Below, one piece after another: positions 57,511-64,000 of a stretch of DNA of 64,000 nt (position 1 is its first letter; the number at the start of each line of letters is the position of its first letter). The DNA is from Candidatus Nomurabacteria bacterium RIFCSPHIGHO2_01_FULL_37_25 (GTDB taxonomy: Bacteria > Patescibacteriota > Minisyncoccia > Phycocordibacterales > UBA9973): assembly GCA_001786765.1 (NCBI GenBank), contig MFTH01000013.1:19974-83973 (forward strand), in the 5' to 3' direction. The position numbers and the translations under genes are program-made. The notes under the pieces are model-generated. The model saw only the letters and a list, made by a program, of their open reading frames with translations, had not been told where the DNA came from and ran no database searches.

Positions 57511-57562
57511 ACGCCGCGAATTCTAATTTCGAATCGGTTAAGTAGAATTCGCGGCGTTTTTT
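57511..57562 (+). terminator. 15-bp perfect hairpin (ACGCCGCGAATTCTA … TAGAATTCGCGGCGT) plus T6; terminator-like, upstream of rpmH
   Basis: Seen directly. No + strand gene lies upstream, so it may terminate a transcript coming from the repeat or oriC region, or act as a structural element. Confidence 0.5.
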
Positions 57563-57665
57563 AGATAAAAAATCACCCCCTTTCATTCCCAACTCAACAA
57601 ATATATTCTCGTACAGGTATTATGTCAAGTTGCTGAATGTTTATTTTTGTTGTAATATCAAATAT

Positions 57666-57800
57666 ATGTCATTTACATACAAACCTAAAAAAAGGAAAAG
57701 AGCCAGAAGCCACGGCTTTTTGGTCAGATCTAGGAGCAAGACCGGAAAGAAAGTCCTTAAAAAAAGACGTCAAAAAGGCAGAAAAAAGCTCAGTGTTTAA
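57666..57800 (+). CDS. rpmH: 50S ribosomal protein L34
   Basis: MSFTYKPKKRKRARSHGFLVRSRSKTGKKVLKKRRQKGRKKLSV matches L34. Not in the ORF track because it is below 60 aa. Confidence 0.85.
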   Translation: MSFTYKPKKRKRARSHGFLVRSRSKTGKKVLKKRRQKGRKKLSV

Positions 57801-57802
57801 TA

Positions 57803-58126
57803 ATGCTATCTAAAAAAAACAGAGTAAACACAAAAGAGGTTAAGAAAATCTTTACAAAAAGTAGCTTTTTAAATTCTCCCAGTTTTACCTTTAGATATTT
57901 TAAAAACAACAATAAAGAAATAAAAATTTCTTTTATTGCCTCTAAAAATATAGCCAAGCTGGCTGTTAAGAGGAATCTGCTTAGAAGACGAGGATATTCT
58001 GTGTTGAAAAAGTATATTCATGAGTTCCCTCTTGGAATTATAGGTGTCTTTATATTTAAAAAATATCAAGATGATATTTTGACAATTGAAAATGAAATTA
58101 AAAACATACTTAATAAAATCAATTGA
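57803..58126 (+). CDS. rnpA: Ribonuclease P protein component
   Basis: 107 aa, basic, immediately after rpmH. …FRYFKNNNKEIKISFIASKNIAKLAVKRNLLRRR… matches the RnpA pattern. Confidence 0.8.
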   Translation: MLSKKNRVNTKEVKKIFTKSSFLNSPSFTFRYFKNNNKEIKISFIASKNIAKLAVKRNLLRRRGYSVLKKYIHEFPLGIIGVFIFKKYQDDILTIENEIKNILNKIN

Positions 58127-58322
58127 TTTTTACCAAAAGTATTTTCCATTTTTCAAAAAACCAAGTTGTGTTTTTTATCCTACTTGTTCGGAATATACTA
58201 AAGAAGCGATAAATAAATATGGAATTATTAAAGGACTTCGCCTTTCTTTGCTTCGTATTTTGCGTTGTCATCCGTGGCAGAAGAATCATATTGATCCCGT
58301 TAGAAATCGCGAGGGCTCGTAG
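58086..58322 (+). CDS. yidD: Membrane protein insertion efficiency factor YidD
   Basis: …FFKKPSCVFYPTCSEYTKEAINKYGIIKGLRLSLLRILRCHPW…IDPV matches the YidD Cys motif. Overlaps rnpA, as is common. Confidence 0.85.
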   Translation: MKMKLKTYLIKSIDFYQKYFPFFKKPSCVFYPTCSEYTKEAINKYGIIKGLRLSLLRILRCHPWQKNHIDPVRNREGS

Positions 58323-58414
58323 CGACCCTCTATCTCTAACGGGATTGATCCTGTACAATAAATAATATTCAATTTCTTATTGAACTTTCTCCCGTTTTAA
58401 TATAAGATAAGAAA

Positions 58415-59173
58415 ATGCTCTCAAATATCTGGAATACTGTTTTATATGAGCCATTATTAAACGCGCTGGCTTTTTTAGTTTCAATTACCCCCGGCGAGGA
58501 TGTCGGTATTGCTGTTGTTATTCTTACTATTTTGGTTAAAATTATACTTTTCCCATTGTCTCAAAAATCCATTGAGAGTCAGGCAGAAATGAATATCCTT
58601 AGTCCGGAGCTTAAGAAGATAAAAGAAAGTGGAGCGAGTAAAGAAGAGCAAGCTAAACAAACTTTTGAGCTTTATAAAAAACACAAGGTAAATCCTTTTT
58701 CTGGATGTTTTTTGGTCTTGATTCAGATTCCTATTATTTTTGCTTTATACTTTGTTTTTTTAAAAGGAGTAAATTTTGAAGCCGGGGCGCTCTATTCTTT
58801 TATTCATATCCCAGAGCATGTGAATATGATTTTCTTTGGGGTTTTTGATATAAGCAAGGAAAATTTTGCCTTGGCGATTTTAGCAGGAGTGTCCCAGTTT
58901 TTACAAGCGCATTTTATGCCAAAACCCATTCTTTCTTCAAACACAAATGGTTCTATCGGTTCTTTTTCTGAGAGTTTTGCTAAAAGTATGCATATGCAGA
59001 TGAAATATGTTTTTCCAGTTTTTATTTTTGTTCTCTTATATACAGGAATTCCCGGGGTTGTTCCACCTCTTTCTGGAGCAGTTGCGTTGTATTGGATTAC
59101 AAGCAATTTATTTATGGTAGGTCAGCAGATTTATGTTAAAAAGGAGAAAAATTTTAAGATGGTAATTAAATAA
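58415..59173 (+). CDS. yidC: Membrane protein insertase YidC/Oxa1 family (short form)
   Basis: 252 aa with five TM helices. …ILVKIILFPLSQKSIESQAEM…ELYKKHKVNPFSGCFLVLIQIPIIFALY… is the 60-kDa-IMP core. Confidence 0.85.
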   Translation: MLSNIWNTVLYEPLLNALAFLVSITPGEDVGIAVVILTILVKIILFPLSQKSIESQAEMNILSPELKKIKESGASKEEQAKQTFELYKKHKVNPFSGCFLVLIQIPIIFALYFVFLKGVNFEAGALYSFIHIPEHVNMIFFGVFDISKENFALAILAGVSQFLQAHFMPKPILSSNTNGSIGSFSESFAKSMHMQMKYVFPVFIFVLLYTGIPGVVPPLSGAVALYWITSNLFMVGQQIYVKKEKNFKMVIK

Positions 59174-59189
59174 AATAATTTTAAACGAA

Positions 59190-59669
59190 ATGAATAAAGA
59201 TGAAATCCAAAATTTAATAAAAGAATTGATAGAAAAAACCACCATTAAACTCCATAAAATTTCTATTTCTGAGGAAAGTCCTACGAATACTTGGGTTTCT
59301 CTTGAGGTTAGCGAACCGCACTTTTTTATGGGTAATGATGGCGAGGCGCTTTATTCATTGAATCATCTTGTTCGCAGGATAATCGAAACTAAAACATTTC
59401 CAAGAAAAAAAGATGAAAACATAAACAACAATATCTTGATTGATATAAACGGTTTTCAAAAAAAGCGTGTGGAAAATATTCGCGCGGTAGCGCATATGAT
59501 GGCAGAGAGAGCAAGGTATTTTAAATCAAGCATAGAAGTTGACCCTATGTCAGCTTTTGAACGCAGGGTTGTGCATGAATTTTTATCTGATGCGACCGAC
59601 CTAAAGACAGAATCAATGGGTTTCGGACCCTCTCGTCGAGTGGTAATAAAATATATTGGCGCAATATAA
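59190..59669 (+). CDS. jag: Jag/KhpB-like RNA-binding protein (KH plus R3H)
   Basis: C-terminal R3H motif (…VEVDPMSAFERRVVHEFLSD…). Canonical position after yidC. Confidence 0.8.
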   Translation: MNKDEIQNLIKELIEKTTIKLHKISISEESPTNTWVSLEVSEPHFFMGNDGEALYSLNHLVRRIIETKTFPRKKDENINNNILIDINGFQKKRVENIRAVAHMMAERARYFKSSIEVDPMSAFERRVVHEFLSDATDLKTESMGFGPSRRVVIKYIGAI

Positions 59670-59676
59670 TTAAGAA

Positions 59677-59734
59677 CCTCACTCCGCCTTTGGCACCCCT
59701 CTCCTTATTAAGGAGAGGGGTCGGGGGTGAGGTG
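59677..59734. repeat. 58-bp GC-rich nested palindrome, copy B (intergenic, between convergent genes)
   Basis: cctcactccgcctttggcacccctctccttattaaggagaggggtcgggggtgaggtg, near-identical to the in-frame copy in polA. Confidence 0.8.
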
Positions 59735-59737
59735 TAG

Positions 59738-61126
59738 TTATTTCAATTCCAGTTTCCACAAAAAAGAATCTTTTTTATTTACAAAAAATAAATAATCTTC
59801 AGCTTCACTCAAGGCCATTTTTATACCATCAATTTCTTCAAATACAATTGCAAAAGGATCTAAAATTATTGTTGCGTTCCCGGTTTTTACATCTATTTTC
59901 CAAAGTTGGTCGCTGAAAGACACTTCCCCTTGATACCAGCTATCTGGATATTCGCCCGGGCTAACAAATTTTGGCACAGCGCAGTAGATAACATCATTTG
60001 CTTTACCCCAAACACATTTCTCTGGCAGAGTTCTTACTCCAAGCAGGTTAAAACTTCTACTGTTTATGTCATATATATACAAAGACAAATTATTGTTGCC
60101 GTAAAGAATCAGCTTTCCATCTGGACTTCCAAGTGTAGTCAATCCATTTATATCGCCTAAAATTTTACTAAAGTTTTTGCCTAAAGAATTTATCGTGTAC
60201 ATATATCCGGGAATATTTGCGGAAGGTTTTGTCGTCAGAGTAATTAAATTATTATTTGGCCAAAATGACAGCCATTCTGTAAAAGGAGAATCAAACACTT
60301 GTATTTTTTTATTGTTTAATAAATTCATAGTTATGCCTATCATATTGCTTCCTGAGTCACTATTACTCTCAAATAAATAGAAAATTTTTAAACCGTCGGG
60401 AGACATACTAATATCTCTGACATTATTAGGTAAGAAAGAGCCCTTAGCTTCATTATTTCCCGTTGTGTCTCCTCCTAATAATTCTTTTGGCAGGTTTCCG
60501 ACAAAAGTTTCTATGGTTTCCTCATCTGCTTTTAGATATCGCATAATAACAGATTCTCCCTTATTTCCAAAATAGGCTTCATACACTCTAGGTATTATCG
60601 TTACTGAAAACTTTCTTTCCTCTATTTTATCCACAAAAGTTTGAAAAATATTTCCAGTTGCTCTGTCCACATATCTTAAAGCAGGCGCGAATTCGGTTTC
60701 TGGCGGGGCTGGTTTAACTGACGCTTTTTTATTTTTTGTTTCCTTTTCTGGTTCTAGAGTATTTTCAATTAGCGGACCTGTTTCTGGCGCCACTATTGGC
60801 ACATCTTTCAACCTTTCTTTATTAAAAACGGTAAATCCCGCAATAGGCATACTTGAAACTCTGACAAGTTTTGCTTCCAGTGTTTCTGTTGTGACAGAAG
60901 GCTCATCTTCTGATATATCAAATGGAGGGGGTACAGGAGGAGGATTTGGTTTGCTTTCTCCAAATGGATTAAATTGTGAAATAAAGTTTGTGCCTGGATT
61001 ATCGTACTTCGGTATATTTGTTATATATCCTTTGAAATATAAAAACCAAAAAACTGCAACCACAATTATTAGCAAGATTATTATTAAAAGTGTAAAATTT
61101 CTTTTTGACATAGTTAATGATTCCAT
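59738..61126 (-). CDS. Membrane-anchored beta-propeller-like protein (PD40/TolB-like repeats)
   Basis: N-terminal TM helix, a Pro-rich linker (PNPPPVPPPF) and repeated …SPDG(K/L).I(F/L)Y… beta-propeller-like units. Confidence 0.45.
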   Translation of the reverse strand: MESLTMSKRNFTLLIIILLIIVVAVFWFLYFKGYITNIPKYDNPGTNFISQFNPFGESKPNPPPVPPPFDISEDEPSVTTETLEAKLVRVSSMPIAGFTVFNKERLKDVPIVAPETGPLIENTLEPEKETKNKKASVKPAPPETEFAPALRYVDRATGNIFQTFVDKIEERKFSVTIIPRVYEAYFGNKGESVIMRYLKADEETIETFVGNLPKELLGGDTTGNNEAKGSFLPNNVRDISMSPDGLKIFYLFESNSDSGSNMIGITMNLLNNKKIQVFDSPFTEWLSFWPNNNLITLTTKPSANIPGYMYTINSLGKNFSKILGDINGLTTLGSPDGKLILYGNNNLSLYIYDINSRSFNLLGVRTLPEKCVWGKANDVIYCAVPKFVSPGEYPDSWYQGEVSFSDQLWKIDVKTGNATIILDPFAIVFEEIDGIKMALSEAEDYLFFVNKKDSFLWKLELK

Positions 61127-62286
61127 CTGTCAATGCACTTTTTTTGCTTGGCATTTTTAGAATCTGCTGTCCATGCGCTAAAGCCTTGTTTTCTGTACAC
61201 ACACACAGCCGCGCCGGTGCTACAGGTAAAGTTATCAGCTGCTTTCTTGCATTGTTGTATAATTGCTTCAAATCCTGGCTTAGGATTTCCATCTTTGAAA
61301 GCAGTAGAACAATTAAGAGGTCCGGATATTCCAGCAGCAGAGTAGCAAGCTGGAGTTTCAAAACATTCACTATGAGATTGTAAAAGTATTTGATAAGGTC
61401 CATATGCAGATGAGCCTCCACCCCAATTATAATTTTCGACTGATTTACAACCACTCTCTGGAGTTATTAGACATGAAAAAGTAGCTGCTTGTCCTCCTGT
61501 GATAGGCGTGCCAGCTGCCTGGGCTGCTTCTAAAATAGTTCTTGAGTCACAACTTGTGCCGACACTATTTTGGTTAATCGGACCTCCGTCACCAGCAGTT
61601 ACTTCTCCATCACTATTAGTAACAATAAAATCTTTGTCGGTTATTTTAATAACTAACGGTTTCAAACTTTTTAAATCAGTTTTCAGTAAATCCGGATTTA
61701 TTGTATTTAAAAGCGCGTAAGCACCGAGGGCTATGAGAAGCCCCAAAAGCGCTTGCCATATTTTTTCCTTGCCTGCTTCTTTGGTGTGAGCAAGTTCGCT
61801 TGTCATGTATTCCATTCCCCCTATGACAATCATCACTACGGAAAAAACTGCGCAAAGACCTATAAATATTTTTATCATTGTGTTTAGATATGCGCTTAGG
61901 GCATCATTATTATCCTGCGCAGGAGTAAAAGTTACAAGTTTTCCGTCAACACAACCAGGACTTGTACCAGTGCAAGGCAGCGGGGCTAAAAGTGTATATT
62001 CTGTTGGCCCCCCTCCTTGTGTTTCTGGTGTACCCGGACAGGCAGTAGTTGTGCAGTGGCCTCCACCGCATCCACTCTGGCACAGGGCGGTATTTTCAAA
62101 AGGGACGCAAGTTGCCGGGGTTAATCCGCTATCCTGTGCGTCTCTATTACAAAACCTTCCGGCTTCCACAGCATTCACATGCGCCATCGGGCTAAATATT
62201 CCAACTAGCGTTATCAGTATTAATCCCAGTACTAAAATTTTACTTTTAGCTTCTAGTCTTAATTTATTTTTATCTTTTTTAATCAT
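61114..62286 (-). CDS. TrbC/VirB2-like double-TM hairpin protein fused to a Cys-rich Rpf/transglycosylase-like (lysozyme-like) C-terminal domain
   Basis: Signal/TM helix. A Cys/Gly-rich stretch. …LNTMIKIFIGLCAVFSVVMIVIGGMEYMTS-ELAHTKEAGKEKIW-QALLGLLIALGAYALLN… is a two-helix hairpin as in T4SS pilins. The C-terminus …CKSVENYNWGGGSSAYGPYQI…SECF… resembles the Rpf/transglycosylase-like motif C-ESGGNW…G…YGGLQF. GC-rich relative to the genome. Confidence 0.5.
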   Translation of the reverse strand: MIKKDKNKLRLEAKSKILVLGLILITLVGIFSPMAHVNAVEAGRFCNRDAQDSGLTPATCVPFENTALCQSGCGGGHCTTTACPGTPETQGGGPTEYTLLAPLPCTGTSPGCVDGKLVTFTPAQDNNDALSAYLNTMIKIFIGLCAVFSVVMIVIGGMEYMTSELAHTKEAGKEKIWQALLGLLIALGAYALLNTINPDLLKTDLKSLKPLVIKITDKDFIVTNSDGEVTAGDGGPINQNSVGTSCDSRTILEAAQAAGTPITGGQAATFSCLITPESGCKSVENYNWGGGSSAYGPYQILLQSHSECFETPACYSAAGISGPLNCSTAFKDGNPKPGFEAIIQQCKKAADNFTCSTGAAVCVYRKQGFSAWTADSKNAKQKKCIDRWNH

Positions 62287-62291
62287 TTTTA

Positions 62292-63269
62292 TTAAAATTC
62301 TATATTTATTTCTTTATTGGTTGTCTGGAAAATTTTATTTCTATTTTCAACTTCCAGCCTTAATTTTGATGTTCCAGAAACCCCGATCATTGCTTGAATT
62401 GGCATTAAATTCTTTTTAGGCCCGCTCAAACTCACCAAACTATCGTTTATAAACCAGCGCCATATCAATGTTGGACTTTGTAAATATTTTGGTGAAATAA
62501 AATAAGGCGCCGCTTCCACTATCTCTGGCCCTTGTATTCTGTGCGAATTCATAAGTATTTTTTCCCAAACTGTCCCCACATTATTATCTCTTTTATAAAA
62601 TAATATTTTAGGTTCGGTCGTTCCTATGTTTATATAGGCTTGATTTGAATATTTCTGGTCTAAAGTGGAAGCTGTCACCGAGATATTGTTTGAATTTTCT
62701 AAATAATCATTAGTAAAAAGAAAAAAGTTTTTACCGTAACCCGAACCATCCACATTATTAGTATAGTCCTTTTTCCAAGCGTAAGTCATATTTTTTGAGT
62801 CGATTAAACCAGAGCCAGTTCGTATTTCTGGCATAGCCACTACTTTTACTTCACTATCAGGTGTAGGCAAGGCCTTGCCTTTATAAAAAGGTGGCGTGTA
62901 CGAATCGTCGTTGCTTTGCCAGAGCAAAATCATTACAGAAGGTTTTATCACTGTTTTTATTTCCATTGTTATGCCGTCTGGGAGAGTTATCGTTGCTGAC
63001 ACAGTTGCCTCTTTTCCAGCATCAGGCGCGGTGGTGAAAAATGACTTCTTGCCAATTCCTGATGTAATGATTTTGCCATTTACAGACCAAGATATAGAAA
63101 CACTGTCGAGGTTATAAAGGTAACTGTTCAAACTGACACTTATGTTTTCATTTGGATCTGGATAGGGGGGTACAACACTAATAAAAATATTGCTAGATGA
63201 TTGGGCATTTGCCACTGTTCCAGACAATAAGAATGTTGCAAATAATAATAATAAAAATTTTAACTTCAT
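62292..63269 (-). CDS. Secreted hypothetical protein (signal peptide)
   Basis: MKLKFLLLLFATFLLSGTVANA|QSS… is a cleavable signal peptide, followed by a beta-rich 300-aa domain. Confidence 0.45.
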   Translation of the reverse strand: MKLKFLLLLFATFLLSGTVANAQSSSNIFISVVPPYPDPNENISVSLNSYLYNLDSVSISWSVNGKIITSGIGKKSFFTTAPDAGKEATVSATITLPDGITMEIKTVIKPSVMILLWQSNDDSYTPPFYKGKALPTPDSEVKVVAMPEIRTGSGLIDSKNMTYAWKKDYTNNVDGSGYGKNFFLFTNDYLENSNNISVTASTLDQKYSNQAYINIGTTEPKILFYKRDNNVGTVWEKILMNSHRIQGPEIVEAAPYFISPKYLQSPTLIWRWFINDSLVSLSGPKKNLMPIQAMIGVSGTSKLRLEVENRNKIFQTTNKEINIEF

Positions 63270-63343
63270 AACCTGATTATATCATTTATTTATTAATAAT
63301 TTACTTTCTAACTTTTAGAATACACTGCTTAACCAACAAGCCA

Positions 63344-64000
63344 TTAGCTAGGTGTCTGTCCTCTCTCCTGCTCTTCTTTGGCTTTTCTGTTTGATAATAT
63401 TTGCGAGGGATCAGAAGTGATAATCTGGTCTTCGGTGTAAGAAGCAATGACTTTTATGGCAACATGTTTTAAGCCTGCGAAAAATATGCCTTCCCCTACG
63501 CTAGACTCCAGAAGAAGATATTTCTCTTCGTCGGTAAGATTAAAAGTTTTCTGCAAAATATCAATGGTAGTGGGTGATTGTTCTAAGAGAAGCTGAATAG
63601 AAGAATTGGTAATTATTGGCACACCATAAGACGATTTCATAAAGTCAGACGCGTCTTGGGTGATAGTGGAAAGACCTAAATAATATTTTCTGCCTCTTTT
63701 TGCCATAGAATATAAAAATGACGCAGTGTCTTCGGACTTCATCATCCACCAAGCTTCATCAATAACCAGCAAGCGTTTTTTAAGATTTCTGCGGATAGCG
63801 TTCCAGATATAATGCATAATTATATACATCGCCACCGGTTTCAATTCGTCTTCCATATCACGCACAGAAAAAACAATAAAATTTTTATTAATATCCACAT
63901 TACTTGGTCTATTCAAAAATGTTGACCAAGAACCTTTTGTGTATTTCGCTAATCGCTGTAGCACGGAATCGCTTCCAGTCATCCCTCCTAGCACCATTTC
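63344..64000 (-). CDS. VirB4/TrbE-like type IV secretion ATPase, C-terminal part (gene continues beyond the window end)
   Basis: Walker B LLVIDEAWWMM. …RKYYLGLSTITQDASDF… is typical of the VirB4/CagE C-terminal motifs. The ORF is open to the window edge. Confidence 0.65.
   Translation of the reverse strand, partial: EMVLGGMTGSDSVLQRLAKYTKGSWSTFLNRPSNVDINKNFIVFSVRDMEDELKPVAMYIIMHYIWNAIRRNLKKRLLVIDEAWWMMKSEDTASFLYSMAKRGRKYYLGLSTITQDASDFMKSSYGVPIITNSSIQLLLEQSPTTIDILQKTFNLTDEEKYLLLESSVGEGIFFAGLKHVAIKVIASYTEDQIITSDPSQILSNRKAKEEQERGQTPS

Larger units (their letters stand above)
57131..57665. promoter_or_regulatory. dnaA-rpmH intergenic region: putative oriC/DUE with a perfect DnaA box, the TCTAACGGGATTCAT motif, repeat copy 4 and a strong hairpin
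   Basis: TTGATAAGCTGTGGATAA at 57270-57287 includes a perfect TGTGGATAA. TTTCTAACGGGATTCAT is at 57183-57199. AT-rich tracts are present. Confidence 0.6.

Overview
This 64-kb window is a low-GC (about one-third GC) bacterial chromosome segment with short intergenic spacers, many small membrane/secreted hypothetical proteins, a ribosomal protein L19 with an insertion and a DapL-type DAP pathway. These traits fit a small-genome Patescibacteria/CPR-like organism, but that placement is inference only. The window includes the replication-origin neighbourhood: rpmH-rnpA-yidD-yidC-jag on the + strand and dnaA-dnaN on the - strand, with DnaA boxes in both flanking spacers. Recognisable housekeeping content: an ECF-type sigma factor C-terminus, a putative anti-sigma and a MacAB-like efflux set; class Ia RNR nrdAB; cspA; two pseudouridine synthases; rplS and rpsT; ruvA, mutM and ruvBC; a contiguous uvrB-uvrA-uvrC; a thioredoxin plus DipZ-like pair; holA, polA and pilB/gspE; a dapB-dapA-dapL-lysC-asd-dapF operon; tyrS, PBP1A, an ABC-2 transporter and four tRNAs. 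No rRNA genes or CRISPR arrays are present. Less ordinary content: (1) a roughly 135-bp nested-hairpin repeat in four full intergenic copies plus one core-less remnant, two of them in the origin/dnaA region; (2) a 58-bp GC-rich nested palindrome present once intergenically and once in-frame inside polA; (3) two small GC-rich islets next to tRNA genes, one carrying a DsrE-like protein with a Met-rich SHOCT protein and one carrying a Cys-rich small ORF; (4) a T4SS-like cluster at the 3' edge, with a partial VirB4, a VirB2/TrbC-like hairpin protein fused to an Rpf/lysozyme-like domain, a secreted protein and a beta-propeller protein; (5) a 567-aa Cys-rich protein with duplicated zinc-ribbon end modules; (6) a hicAB toxin-antitoxin pair; (7) a candidate roughly 150-nt structured RNA upstream of ruvB.
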